From positions 32,001 through 96,000 of the forward strand of contig JBEKIW010000004.1 in the NCBI GenBank assembly GCA_050011565.1: 64,000 nt of DNA, in the 5' to 3' direction. The notes beneath the pieces are model-generated. The model made no database searches, was not told the DNA's origin, and worked only from the letters and a program-made list of their open reading frames with translations. Source of the stretch: Dehalococcoidia bacterium (lineage in GTDB: Bacteria; Chloroflexota; Dehalococcoidia; GIF9; UBA5629). Both the position numbers and the translations under genes were made by a program. This document shows, one piece after another, positions 36,770-47,441 of this stretch (position 1 is the first letter of the stretch; every line of letters starts with the position of its first letter).

Positions 36770-39175
36770 ATGAAAGTTTCACTTCGCTGGCTAAAAGAAT
36801 ACGTCGACTTTTCACTGCCGGTTGAGGAGTTGTCTGAACGGCTGACCATGGCAGGGTTAGAAGTTGGTGAGACAAAGGTAATTGGTGTAAATTGGGATAA
36901 CATAGTAGTTGGCAAGATAATCGATGTTAATCCACATCCAAATGCCGACCGGCTGAAATTAGTAACCGTAGATTTAGGCAAACAGCATTCCACCGTGGTC
37001 TGCGGCGCACCTAACGTGGCCGTTGGTGACAAGGTGGCTTTTGCCCGGGTTGGAGCTCAACTCATAGATGGTCATAGCGGCGAAATGGTGCAATTAAAGC
37101 CAGCCAAGATTCGGGGCATTGTTTCTGAAGGGATGGTCTGCTCTGAGAAAGAATTGGGGATTTCTGACAGTCATGAAGGTATTATGATTCTTCCCGGAGA
37201 AGCGATTATTGGTACTCCTTTGTCTGAATATATTGGCGATACGATTCTTGACCTTGACATAACGCCAAACCGCCCCGATTGTCTATCCGTGATTGGTATC
37301 GCCAGGGAGATAGCGGCTCTAACGGGAAGCAAGATGAACGTTCCCGAAATTCATTACAATGAGTCGGAAAGAGCGGTAGATTCCTATGCCGCTGTGCAAA
37401 TAGTCGAACCGAACTTGTGTCCCAGGTATTGTGCCAGCTTGATGGCTGATATCAAGGTAACTGAATCGCCGCAGTGGATGCAAGGAAGGCTGTTAGCTTG
37501 CGGTATGCGTCCCATTAATAATATCGTTGATGTTACCAACTATGTGATGCTGGAATACGGTCAGCCGCTTCATGCCTTCGACTTCAACGAGATACGCGGT
37601 AAACAGATTATCATACGCCGAGCTGCAAATGGTGAAGCCATAACTACGTTGGACGGGGTACAGAGGACTCTCAACTCGAATATACTGGTGATTGCCGACA
37701 AAGAGAGAGCCATCGCTATTGCCGGTATAATGGGAGGAGCAGATTCTGAAGTTACAGAGAATACTACAACTGTTCTGATAGAGTCGGCGAATTTCAATCA
37801 GGCTGTTATTCATCGAGGAAGCCTTGGCCTCCGGCTGAGCAGTGAAGCATCGCTACGTTTTGAGAAAGGTCTTAGCCGAGACTTACCGCTAATAGCATTG
37901 AAACGGGCTACACAATTGTTGGCGGAGCTGGCTCAGGGCAAAGTGGCCAAAGGCATTATCGATGTTTATCCTGGCAAACAGCAGAAGGAGCCTATATTTT
38001 TTCCTGTCTCTGATGTTAGACGCCTTCTCGGAGTGGAGTTAAAGGCAGGCGACGCATGCAAGACTTTGGAGCTACTTGGGTTTGGTTGTCGACAAGTGGA
38101 ATATAATTCGCAACTTCAAGTAGTGGTCCCCTGGTGGCGCACGGACGTAAATTGCACTGCCGATTTGGTTGAAGAGATAGCTCGCATTATAGGTTATGAT
38201 AAAATCCCGACTACTATGCTGAGTGCCACGTTGTCAAGGTACGAGCCAGTGCCGATGCTGCATCTCAGACGACAACTGCGTAATATCCTTATCAGTTGTG
38301 GTTTTCAGGAAGTACTTACCTATTCCTTGACCAGTTTAGAGATGTTGGGGATGCTTTCACCAGAGCTTCGTTTAATAGGCCCCAATCCGATGAAGGTGGC
38401 TAATCCGATGTCCAGAGAGCAAGAATATCTTAGGACCAGTCTAAGGGCTGGCCCGCTATCAGTTCTAGCTCGCAATGAAAGATATGAAGAGAACGGCATA
38501 AGACTTTTTGAGATTGGCAAGGTCTTTATGCCCAGGGAAATGGATTTGCCTGAAGAACACGAGATGCTTTGCGCTGTACTTAGTGGTTCCCAGCGCAGCT
38601 TATCCTGGCGCGGCGAAGAAGAGCCGGTTGATTTCTTCGTTGCCAAGGGAGTGGCAGAAACCATTTTATCACGGTTAGGAGTAGGGGTGAGATTTGAGTC
38701 AAGTCAAGACGAAAGCCTATTCCCCGGCAGAATCGCTGATATAGTGGTCGAAACCCATAAATTGGGTACAGTTGGGGAACTGCACCCTAAAGTATCAAAA
38801 GCATTTGGAATTTCCGGGACTGCTTATCTTATTGAAATCGATTTGGATAAATTATCATCCTTTACGGTCACTCTCAAAACATTTCAAGCCATCCCTCGAT
38901 ATCCGAGCACAAGTAGAGATATTGCGCTGCTGGTAGATGAAAAAGTAACATATCAACAGATTTGTTTCATCATCCAGAGCTTTTCTCTAGTAAGCTCGGT
39001 TGTCCTTTTCGACTTCTATTTGGGAAAACAGGTGCCAGCGGGTAAGAAATCGCTGGCTTTCAGAATCGTTTACCAATCATCGACTCATACCTTGACCGAT
39101 GGTGAAGTCGACGAAGTCCAGCAGCAAATTATCGATAAGCTGCAGCGCGAATTAGGGGCCGTTTTGAGGAGTTGA
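36770..39175 (+). CDS. pheT: Phenylalanine--tRNA ligase beta subunit
   Basis: HPNADRL, VCGAPN, TPNRPDC, GQPLHAFD, DLVEEIAR, KKSLAFRI. Confidence 0.98.
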   Translation: MKVSLRWLKEYVDFSLPVEELSERLTMAGLEVGETKVIGVNWDNIVVGKIIDVNPHPNADRLKLVTVDLGKQHSTVVCGAPNVAVGDKVAFARVGAQLIDGHSGEMVQLKPAKIRGIVSEGMVCSEKELGISDSHEGIMILPGEAIIGTPLSEYIGDTILDLDITPNRPDCLSVIGIAREIAALTGSKMNVPEIHYNESERAVDSYAAVQIVEPNLCPRYCASLMADIKVTESPQWMQGRLLACGMRPINNIVDVTNYVMLEYGQPLHAFDFNEIRGKQIIIRRAANGEAITTLDGVQRTLNSNILVIADKERAIAIAGIMGGADSEVTENTTTVLIESANFNQAVIHRGSLGLRLSSEASLRFEKGLSRDLPLIALKRATQLLAELAQGKVAKGIIDVYPGKQQKEPIFFPVSDVRRLLGVELKAGDACKTLELLGFGCRQVEYNSQLQVVVPWWRTDVNCTADLVEEIARIIGYDKIPTTMLSATLSRYEPVPMLHLRRQLRNILISCGFQEVLTYSLTSLEMLGMLSPELRLIGPNPMKVANPMSREQEYLRTSLRAGPLSVLARNERYEENGIRLFEIGKVFMPREMDLPEEHEMLCAVLSGSQRSLSWRGEEEPVDFFVAKGVAETILSRLGVGVRFESSQDESLFPGRIADIVVETHKLGTVGELHPKVSKAFGISGTAYLIEIDLDKLSSFTVTLKTFQAIPRYPSTSRDIALLVDEKVTYQQICFIIQSFSLVSSVVLFDFYLGKQVPAGKKSLAFRIVYQSSTHTLTDGEVDEVQQQIIDKLQRELGAVLRS

Positions 39176-39282
39176 TTTATCGGTGACAGAAGTCTTCAAA
39201 AATTTTCTCTAATAAGCGAAAATTTTGATTTGATTTGCGTTATAATTGGATGTGATTATTTACAGGAAAGGGGTAGACAAGC

Positions 39283-41034
39283 GTGAAAACTAAAGTTTTC
39301 GCTCCGGTTTTATGCCTGGCTTTGCTTTTGACTATTTGTTTGGTAAGTCCTGTTCAGGCTGCAGCGGCAATGGCTCCTAATACTGGTGTGGTTGGGGCTA
39401 CGGTGACCGTATCGGGACTGTTAAAAGGTACTTATTCTATTAAATGGGACAGCGTGGGAATCAAGAGTGGCAATCTATCTGGAGATGGTAGCGTCAGCTT
39501 CACAGTGCCTGATACCGCCGGAGGTAATCATATAGTTACAGTAGACAATCCGACTGGTACTCAGGTATTGTCTGATACTTTCTCTGTTCTTCCGTCTCTA
39601 AGTGTCAGTCCAGATTCAGGTGTAGTCGGTGATGAAATCACTGTCAGCGGTAAGGGCTTCTTAGTCAGCGAAAACAACATTGTAGTTTCTTACGATGGCA
39701 CAAGTGTGAAGACAGGAATCGCGGCCGGTAATACGGGCTCGTGGGAAACAACTTTTTCCTTGCCAGCCTCTGCAAAAGGAAGTCGCACGGTCGATGCATC
39801 GGGGCAAACTACCAAGGCAAGTGACGTTCCCGATGTCACCGTGACCATAAATCCCACCATCAGTATGACTCCTGTATCAGGTAATGTTGGCACCTCAGTT
39901 ACCGTTAGCGGTACCGGCTTTGGCAAGAGTGAAGAAAGCATTCAAGTTACCTACGATGGTGCCAGTGCTAAGACCGGGCTCAGTGCCGACACCAAAGGGT
40001 CTTGGAGTGCTGTCTTCAATATTCCTAACTCAACCAAAGGCGGGCATACAATAGACGCCTCGGGTGCTTCCACAAATGCCGGTGATGTTCCGGATCTCAC
40101 TTTTATCGTGTCTTCGGCCGTGACTGTTAAGCCCGCGTCCGGATCTGTAGGTGATGCTATCACCGTCGCCGGCTGCGGTTTCGGCGGGAGTGAAAGCGGC
40201 ATTACAATAACGCTTGACGGTAACATTGTCAAGAGCGATATCGTAGCTAATAGCGAAGGATGCTGGAACTCATCTATGACAGTACCGTCAACTACCGCAG
40301 GCAATCATGTGATAGATGCCTATGGCGCTTCAACCACGGCCTCTGAAGTTGCGGATACTAAGTTGGTTGTTTTGTCCAAGATGACTCTGGAGCCTGCTGA
40401 GGGCCATGTGGGCAGTAATATAGCGATAAACGGTGCTGGTTTCGGAGCAGGTAAAGTGGTGACTCTTAAATATGACAGTACTGCCCTGGTTAACGAATAC
40501 ACCACCGATGATAAAGGCAATTTTCAGGCGAGCCTGGTAGCTCCTAAAAGTCCTGGCGGTAAGCATAACTTAACTGCTACCGATGCCGGCGGCGCCTCAG
40601 CCACAGCAGTTTTCAATATGGAAACAACTCCACCGTCAGTGCCACAAATTGTGTCGCCGAAGGAAGGCAGCAGGGTAGGCCTTTTCGACCGTATTACTGC
40701 TACTTTTGAGTGGGCTGCTGTTTCTGACCCCAGCGGTGTTAGCTACAGCTTGCAGATATCTACTCAATCTGATTTTGCAACTACGCTGCTGAGTAAGGAA
40801 AACCTGGCTGAGCCTAAGTATACTTTGACTGATGAGGAGGCTTTATCGCGAGGAAAATATTATTGGCGAGTTAAAGCTATAGATGGCGCCAGTAATGATA
40901 GCGGCTGGGCTCAGTCCATAGAATTTAAAGCCGGGCTAATGCCTCTATGGGCATTCATACTTATCGTCATCGTTGCCGCCCTTTTCTTGACTCGTTTGTT
41001 TTTCTTTGTGCGTAATATGAGAAAGGAACACTAG
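39283..41034 (+). CDS. Secreted IPT/TIG-repeat surface protein with FN3-like domain and C-terminal TM anchor
   Basis: Signal peptide; about five repeats of P.SG.VG..V.V.G.GF; YYWRVKAIDGASN; C-terminal TM. Confidence 0.82.
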   Translation: MKTKVFAPVLCLALLLTICLVSPVQAAAAMAPNTGVVGATVTVSGLLKGTYSIKWDSVGIKSGNLSGDGSVSFTVPDTAGGNHIVTVDNPTGTQVLSDTFSVLPSLSVSPDSGVVGDEITVSGKGFLVSENNIVVSYDGTSVKTGIAAGNTGSWETTFSLPASAKGSRTVDASGQTTKASDVPDVTVTINPTISMTPVSGNVGTSVTVSGTGFGKSEESIQVTYDGASAKTGLSADTKGSWSAVFNIPNSTKGGHTIDASGASTNAGDVPDLTFIVSSAVTVKPASGSVGDAITVAGCGFGGSESGITITLDGNIVKSDIVANSEGCWNSSMTVPSTTAGNHVIDAYGASTTASEVADTKLVVLSKMTLEPAEGHVGSNIAINGAGFGAGKVVTLKYDSTALVNEYTTDDKGNFQASLVAPKSPGGKHNLTATDAGGASATAVFNMETTPPSVPQIVSPKEGSRVGLFDRITATFEWAAVSDPSGVSYSLQISTQSDFATTLLSKENLAEPKYTLTDEEALSRGKYYWRVKAIDGASNDSGWAQSIEFKAGLMPLWAFILIVIVAALFLTRLFFFVRNMRKEH

Positions 41035-41127
41035 AGATCGTTTCGCCGGGCAGGTTTATTTTTCTTAAAGTTGGTTAGTTTTGTCGGCAAAGAATAGGTC
41101 TGAGCAGCGTGTAAAAACGAGCGTGCC

Positions 41128-42837
41128 TTAATTCCCGCTAGCTTCACGGATTAACTTATCAATTTTCAAGGCTATCGCTTCCAATGGCACCAGTTCGGCT
41201 TGCTTTTCCTTGCGCCATTTTAGCTCTATACTCTGGCTTTGCAGAGTGCGGGGGCTTATGGTTAGGCGCAGCGGTATTCCCAGAAGGTCTGCATCGTTGA
41301 ATTTGACACCCGGGGAATCGTCTCTGTCATCGTAGAGAACTTCAATGTTTCGATTCGTCAGGTCCTGATAGACCTTCTCAGCAGCTTCAGCAACATCTGG
41401 ATTTTCCAGACGGAGAGGGCAAAGGTAAACTTGATAAGGGGCAATGCTTAAGGGCCAGATAATACCTTTATCATCATGATTCTGCTCTATTGCTGCTGCC
41501 AGCAGCCTGCCAAGCCCGATGCCGTACGTACCCATGATAATTGGGCGCGACACCCCATTTTGATCAAGAAAGGAGGCGCCAAGTTTCTCACTTAGAAAAG
41601 TGCCCAGTTTGAAGACATGGCCGACCTCGATTCCGAGGCTAGAAAAGAGTTTACCACTGCATTTTGGGCAACCATCCTCGGGCCGAGCCGTGGAAATATC
41701 AGCTATTATGCTGACCTCGAAATCGCGGGGATAGTTAACGTTTTTGAGGTGAGTGTCCGGTTTATTGGCACCGGCAACGAAATTGGAGCCCAGGGTTATC
41801 GAATCATCGGCGATAATCTTGATTCCCTTCAAGCCAACCGGCGAAGCCGCACCAGCAACTAACCCGGCTGTACTCACTTCGGCTTCCGTAGCCAGGCGCA
41901 ATTCGGAGGATTTCAGGAGATTTCGGAGTTTCGTCTCGTTGACTTCCATATCACCTCTGATGACCACGAAGACGAGCTCGCCATCAGCAGAATAAAAGAC
42001 GGCTTTAAGCGTCTGATGTGGTGCCACGCCAACAAAATTAGCTACCTCTTCGATGGTTTTTATATTCGGGGTCGATATTTCCTCGACAGGTAAAGCTGTT
42101 TTCATCTCGAATTTGGTTTTTTCGCTCTGAGCTTTTTCCAGGTTCGCGGCGTAGTCGCAGTTTACGCAATGGATGATTCCATCTTCACCGGTCTCGGCAA
42201 TGAGCATAAACTCATGAGACTCCTTGCCGCCTATAGCGCCGCTGTCAGCTTCCACTATCGAGGCCGGTAAACCGCAGCGGGAATAAACGTTCTTGTAGGC
42301 CTGTATCATTTCTTGATATGTTCTATCTAAATCTGCCTCATCCGTATGGAAACTGTAGAGGTCTTTCATAATGAATTCACGGACACGTAACAGCCCGCCT
42401 CGAGGTCGAGGTTCATCGCGAAACTTATTTTGGATTTGGTAGAGCAGAAGTGGTAAGTCGCGATAGCTTTGCACAAAATGTGCAACAAGGTCTGTAATGA
42501 CCTCTTCATGGGTAGGCCCCAAGACTAATGTGTGTTCTCGTCGGTCGGTAATAGTGAACAGTGTTTTGCCGAAAGCAGTATATCTGCCTGATTTCTCCCA
42601 TAGTTCGAAGGGCTGGAGTGAAGGCAACATCAATTCCTGCCCTCCCGCTTTATCCATTTCCTCTCGAATTATTTGCTCAATTTTCTTGAGCACCCTCCAA
42701 CCCAAAGGCAAATAGGAATAAACACCAGCCGCTACCTGTTGAATCATGCCAGCCCGGAGTAACAACTGATGACTGGCGGTATCAGCTTCTGACGGTATTT
42801 CCTTTAGCGTTTTGCCAAACAAATTGGAAAATCTCAT
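41128..42837 (-). CDS. proS: Proline--tRNA ligase (bacterial type, with editing domain)
   Basis: SHQLLLRAG, LGPTHEE, FRDEPRPRGGLLRVREF, GIEVGHVFKLG. Confidence 0.98.
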   Translation of the reverse strand: MRFSNLFGKTLKEIPSEADTASHQLLLRAGMIQQVAAGVYSYLPLGWRVLKKIEQIIREEMDKAGGQELMLPSLQPFELWEKSGRYTAFGKTLFTITDRREHTLVLGPTHEEVITDLVAHFVQSYRDLPLLLYQIQNKFRDEPRPRGGLLRVREFIMKDLYSFHTDEADLDRTYQEMIQAYKNVYSRCGLPASIVEADSGAIGGKESHEFMLIAETGEDGIIHCVNCDYAANLEKAQSEKTKFEMKTALPVEEISTPNIKTIEEVANFVGVAPHQTLKAVFYSADGELVFVVIRGDMEVNETKLRNLLKSSELRLATEAEVSTAGLVAGAASPVGLKGIKIIADDSITLGSNFVAGANKPDTHLKNVNYPRDFEVSIIADISTARPEDGCPKCSGKLFSSLGIEVGHVFKLGTFLSEKLGASFLDQNGVSRPIIMGTYGIGLGRLLAAAIEQNHDDKGIIWPLSIAPYQVYLCPLRLENPDVAEAAEKVYQDLTNRNIEVLYDDRDDSPGVKFNDADLLGIPLRLTISPRTLQSQSIELKWRKEKQAELVPLEAIALKIDKLIREASGN

Positions 42838-42895
42838 ATATTTTTATCCCTACCAGCGTTAAAGAAAGTTCGCAAGCTACGTCATTACTAACAAG

Positions 42896-43177
42896 TTATT
42901 CTATACTAAAGGGAGGATATTTGTCAGTTAGAAGCAGATAATAGCTGCTTACCCTCGTATACCAGCGGACATAGCCGGCGACAAAAGTGAAAGCCCATTT
43001 GGGATATTTACCGGTAAAGAGAATAGCCCACCAGGAGATGAAGGCGATAACACCGGAAGCAATGCCTAGAGCCCAAAGAATAATCGCGTGAGGTATAACC
43101 ATGAAGGCTCTAAAGAAGGTGGTTAGCCGTGAAAGCTTCTCCGAATAACTTGTGCCGACGGTTATTGGGTATTCCAC
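42896..43177 (-). CDS. DUF4389-like small membrane protein
   Basis: LSRLT.FFR...IPH...W.AILFTGKYP...Y..LLTDKYPPF. Confidence 0.82.
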   Translation of the reverse strand: MEYPITVGTSYSEKLSRLTTFFRAFMVIPHAIILWALGIASGVIAFISWWAILFTGKYPKWAFTFVAGYVRWYTRVSSYYLLLTDKYPPFSIE

Positions 43178-43260
43178 TTTATTCTCCTTTTTGTTTATAT
43201 ATGTTTACAAATGTCTTTATATTCTGTTCGGATGAAGTTTAGCTACAGGAATATATCTGT

Positions 43261-44313
43261 TTAATTTAGTAGGTTTTTAACTTCTGCCATAAGTGCCTTC
43301 AAGAAGTCTTTTTCAGCTACGGTGCTGACAACTTTGCCTTTTCTAAAAATGGCACCTTTGCCTCTGCCGCAGGCAATGCCGACGTCAGCTTCTTTCGCTT
43401 CGCCGGGACCATTGACAACGCAGCCCATAACAGCAACCTTGATGGGCTGGCTTATATCTCTTAAGCTGCTGTCTACGGATTCAGCAAGGCCGATAATATC
43501 GACTTCAGCCCGCCCACATGATGGGCAGCTTATCAAAGTAGGGCCGTGTTGGCGAAGACCAAGAGTTTTCAAAATCTCGTAGGCAGTGTTGACCTCTTCA
43601 CATGGGTGGGCACTAAGAGAGACCCGTATGGTGTCGCCAATACCTTCATCAAGTAGTATACCAATACCAACAGCACTGCGGACAGCACCGGCTCTGGGGA
43701 GTCCCGCCTCAGTTATGCCCAGGTGCAAAGGATAAGATATTTTGGCGGCTATTGCCCTGTAAGCTTCAACAGTAGTAGGCACGTCAAAGGCTTTCAGCGA
43801 TACTTTGATCAAATCAAAGTCTAAACTTTCCAGCAGCTTGATTTGCTCCAGAGCTATATTCACCATGTGCTTAGAGGTAGATATGGATGGCTTCGATGCA
43901 GGCGGTAGGCTTCCTGCATTGATGCCGATACGAATGGGCACTTGCCTTTGCCTGGCTGCCTTTACTACTTCGGTAACTTGTTCCGGCTCTCGTATATTAC
44001 CGGGGTTCAGACGAAGCCCATCGGCACCTGCTCTTAAGGACTCGAGGGCAAGCCGATAGTCGAAATGTATATCAGCAACAATTGGGATGGATGTTTTCTT
44101 CTTGATGTTTGAAATAGCCTGCGCAGCTTCAGAATCCGGTACAGCTACTCTGGCTATCTCACAGCCACAATCGGCGAGTTCATTAATCTGATTTACAGTA
44201 GCTTTTATATCTCTGGTGTCGGTTTTGGCCATTGATTGGACTGCAACAGGAGCATCACCGCCTATGGTTACGTCTCCAATTCTGATAGGTTTTGATTGCC
44301 TGCGTACTATCAA
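43261..44313 (-). CDS. ispG: HMBPP synthase IspG
   Basis: VQSM, ADIHF, RLNPGN, HLGITEAG, GDTIRVSL, SCPSCGR, MGCVVNGPGE. Confidence 0.97.
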   Translation of the reverse strand: MIVRRQSKPIRIGDVTIGGDAPVAVQSMAKTDTRDIKATVNQINELADCGCEIARVAVPDSEAAQAISNIKKKTSIPIVADIHFDYRLALESLRAGADGLRLNPGNIREPEQVTEVVKAARQRQVPIRIGINAGSLPPASKPSISTSKHMVNIALEQIKLLESLDFDLIKVSLKAFDVPTTVEAYRAIAAKISYPLHLGITEAGLPRAGAVRSAVGIGILLDEGIGDTIRVSLSAHPCEEVNTAYEILKTLGLRQHGPTLISCPSCGRAEVDIIGLAESVDSSLRDISQPIKVAVMGCVVNGPGEAKEADVGIACGRGKGAIFRKGKVVSTVAEKDFLKALMAEVKNLLN

Positions 44314-45380
44314 GGTAAAATACTCTCTCCCTGAATAATATGTGTAACATCAAAGTAGCTTACCACAATAATCAGAAGCATTAGCACCGCGAAGCCTATA
44401 AGGTGGACAAGGCCCTCTCTTTTTGGGGATATCCTTTTTCCTCGCCGGACCCATTCTAAAGCCACAAAGATTAGTCTGCCCCCATCGAGACCCGGGAAGG
44501 GGAAGATGTTAATTATGGCCAGGTTTATACTGATTAGCGCGGCAAATTCCAGCAGGGGGCTTATGCCGGCTTTAGCAATCTGACCGGTGATTTCGGCAAT
44601 ACCTATCGGTCCGGTTACTTGAGGTGGTGTTCCTCCAATGAACCACCCTACCACTTCATTACGGAATAAAACGAGTATTTCCCAGCAATGAACTATACTT
44701 GAAGGCACCGCTTTCCAAATAGGGTCCGATTGGCGGACTGTTGTACTGTCTACACCGATGATATTGATGCCGGTTGCCCCTTGCCCCTCAGGCGGATTCC
44801 ATCTTGGCTTCAAACTTAGTTCCTTAGGAGGGAGTTCGTCGCTTTGAAGCAAAATATTTACCTGTGAGCCTAGGTAAAGCTGGATAAAATAACCAACATC
44901 GCTACGATTTTTAATTGTGTGACCGTTTATTGCTAGGATTGTATCTCCCGGCTCAATTCCAGCCATCTGAGCTGGTGAACCTGGGGCAACTTCTTGTACC
45001 TGTACTTTCTCGAGAATCATATTGTGCGGGATCATAAAACTGATAGAAAACAGTAATATGGGTAGCAAAATATTCATCAACGAGCCGGCACTGAGAACCA
45101 GAATTCGTACGGGGATGCTCTTGCTGGCGAGGCTTCCCGGCAGTGTTGGGTCTTCTTCTCCGACCATCTTGGTAAAGCCACCCAGAGGTATTGCATTTAT
45201 AGAATACGTTGTCTCCCCTCGCCTGAAGCTGATGATCCTGGGCGGAAAACCTATGCCGAATTCCTCCACCTTTACTCGAGCAAGCTTGGCGGTGATGAAA
45301 TGCCCAAATTCATGGGCGAAGACAAGTAATATTAGTATGCCTATAAAACTGACAATTGTAAGTACTATTGTTTCAATCAT
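44310..45380 (-). CDS. rseP: RIP metalloprotease RseP
   Basis: HEFGH, PDZ domain, NIFPFPGLDGG. Confidence 0.95.
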   Translation of the reverse strand: MIETIVLTIVSFIGILILLVFAHEFGHFITAKLARVKVEEFGIGFPPRIISFRRGETTYSINAIPLGGFTKMVGEEDPTLPGSLASKSIPVRILVLSAGSLMNILLPILLFSISFMIPHNMILEKVQVQEVAPGSPAQMAGIEPGDTILAINGHTIKNRSDVGYFIQLYLGSQVNILLQSDELPPKELSLKPRWNPPEGQGATGINIIGVDSTTVRQSDPIWKAVPSSIVHCWEILVLFRNEVVGWFIGGTPPQVTGPIGIAEITGQIAKAGISPLLEFAALISINLAIINIFPFPGLDGGRLIFVALEWVRRGKRISPKREGLVHLIGFAVLMLLIIVVSYFDVTHIIQGESILP

Positions 45381-45384
45381 AAAT

Positions 45385-46512
45385 TTACCTTGCTGCTGAC
45401 TTCAGCGCCGTGTCTCTTGCCCACTCATCAGCTATTAAAATTTCTTCCAGAGTAGGGCTATCTATGCTCTGGTGTAAGCTAATGGTCTTGTCTATGATTT
45501 CTGCGATTTGGGGGAAAGCGATGCGCTGTTCAAGAAAAAGTTGGATAGCAATCTCATCGGCGGCACAAAGTACAGCAGGGTAGGTTCCTCCTTTTTTCCC
45601 GGCATCCAATGCTAGTTGTAGGCAGGGAAACATGGCACAGTTTATTGTCTCAAAGGTCAGCGAATTCAATCGTGCGAGGTTCATGCGAGGCAAATTATCG
45701 TTGGCTAGCCGCTCGGGATACGACAAAGCATATTGAATGGCGAAACGCATATCGGGGACACTAAGTTGAGCCTTAAGTGAGCCGTCAATAAATTCTACGA
45801 GAGAATGAATTATGCTCTGTGGATGAATTACTATTTCGATTTTGTTAAGGGGTATAGAAAAAAGCCAGCTAGCTTCGATTGTTTCCAGTCCCTTATTCAT
45901 CAGGGTAGCCGAATCAATAGTAACTTTTTTCCCCATTTTCCATACCGGATGTTCTAGAGCTTCATCAACTGTAACCTTAGATAATCTTAAAGGTGAATGA
46001 TGATAGAAAGGCCCTCCCGAAGCGGTGAGGATAAGCTGAGCTACCCCACCTTTCTCTCCTTGCAGGCATTGGTGTATGGCGCTGTGTTCGCTATCAATAG
46101 GCAGGATTTGTGCCTGCCGGAGTTTAGCCTCCTTCATAATAATTTCGCCTGCCATGACCAGCACTTCTTTATTGGCCAGAGCTATTTTTTTTCCTGACCT
46201 TATGGCTGCTAATGTCGGGGTCAGTCCTATTTTACCTGACGTGGCTACGACTACCATGTTGACTTCTGGATGAGTGGCAACCTCTTCCATCGAAGAGAAT
46301 TTGGTGTTGCCCGGAAGATTGAATCTGTGGGGTGAGTATACTAGTTTAGGCTGAAATTGACTTATTTGATCGCTGAGTAGGCTGGCATTTTTCCCACCGG
46401 CTAAACCTATTATCCTGAATTTGTCAGGGAAATCTCTTACTATGTCCAGGACTTGCTGACCTATAGAACCTGTTGAGCCTATAACGGCTAGTTTTTTAAT
46501 AACTTTACTCAT
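45385..46512 (-). CDS. dxr: 1-deoxy-D-xylulose-5-phosphate reductoisomerase
   Basis: GSTGSIG, LANKE, PIDSEH, TASGGPF, W.MGKK.TIDSATLMNKGLE. Confidence 0.98.
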   Translation of the reverse strand: MSKVIKKLAVIGSTGSIGQQVLDIVRDFPDKFRIIGLAGGKNASLLSDQISQFQPKLVYSPHRFNLPGNTKFSSMEEVATHPEVNMVVVATSGKIGLTPTLAAIRSGKKIALANKEVLVMAGEIIMKEAKLRQAQILPIDSEHSAIHQCLQGEKGGVAQLILTASGGPFYHHSPLRLSKVTVDEALEHPVWKMGKKVTIDSATLMNKGLETIEASWLFSIPLNKIEIVIHPQSIIHSLVEFIDGSLKAQLSVPDMRFAIQYALSYPERLANDNLPRMNLARLNSLTFETINCAMFPCLQLALDAGKKGGTYPAVLCAADEIAIQLFLEQRIAFPQIAEIIDKTISLHQSIDSPTLEEILIADEWARDTALKSAAR

Positions 46513-47303
46513 AATTTTGCCAGTTCTACGAAATAGTATACTATAACTCCCGTGAATATGAGACTGTCCACACGATCCAGCACGCCACCGTGTCCCGGTA
46601 CTAGGTTGCCTGCGTCCTTGACGCCTGTGTTACGCTTAAGCAGTGACTCCACTAAATCCCCAAGCTGTGCGAATATGCTGATAATGAAACCCGCAAGGGC
46701 TATCTGCCAGTAGCTGAAGGGCAACGTAAAGATTAAGCCGATAGTGAGAGAAGCCACAATACTGACTAACAGCCCGCCCATAGCTCCTTCCCAGGTTTTT
46801 CCGGAGCTTATTGACGGGGCAAGTGGGTGTTTGCCCCAGGCTCTGCCGACAAAAAAGGCGCTGGTATCATTGGCAAATGTGGTGAACATGGCCAAAAATA
46901 CTAATTCCCTGCCCGATTCCAAGCCTCTGAGTTGGACCCAGTAGCTGAGCATCCAGCCGATATAGAGGATAGCGGCCATCGTCCATACCCAGTTGGTAAA
47001 AGCCTGGTCTCTCGGGCGACGAAATAACAGCCAGATCAGGGATATAATTATTGCTGAGGTAATCAGGAAAGGTAATGTAGCCGGATATGGGCAGTGAGGA
47101 CTGGCGATTATAAGTAGTACCCAGGCGATACCGAAATAGGTGATTGGCTGCACTTTTAACCCGCCTGCCATTCGGTAGAACTCCCAGCTCGCAAGACCAG
47201 CCATGGCGGCTATTAAAAGTGTAAACCACGGTTCACCGAACCATATTATGGCGATCAGGAGTGGTAAGCCGACAAAAGCAGTTAGAATTCTATGCCTGAG
47301 CAT
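46509..47303 (-). CDS. cdsA: Phosphatidate cytidylyltransferase
   Basis: DTSAFFVG, S.GKTWEG, GDLVESLLKR..GVKD.G..PGHGGVLDR.D. Confidence 0.96.
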   Translation of the reverse strand: MLRHRILTAFVGLPLLIAIIWFGEPWFTLLIAAMAGLASWEFYRMAGGLKVQPITYFGIAWVLLIIASPHCPYPATLPFLITSAIIISLIWLLFRRPRDQAFTNWVWTMAAILYIGWMLSYWVQLRGLESGRELVFLAMFTTFANDTSAFFVGRAWGKHPLAPSISSGKTWEGAMGGLLVSIVASLTIGLIFTLPFSYWQIALAGFIISIFAQLGDLVESLLKRNTGVKDAGNLVPGHGGVLDRVDSLIFTGVIVYYFVELAKL

Positions 47304-47441
47304 ATTAATTCTTTGGCTCTGCGTGTCTTAAGTAGAGTTGGCCGCAGCGAGGGGCGTCAAATGTTGGTAGGGCTTGATTCATTGCATTTAACGTTTAGAT
47401 TTATTTGCTGAAAAGGTGAGGGCTCGAAAGTTACGGAGTTC

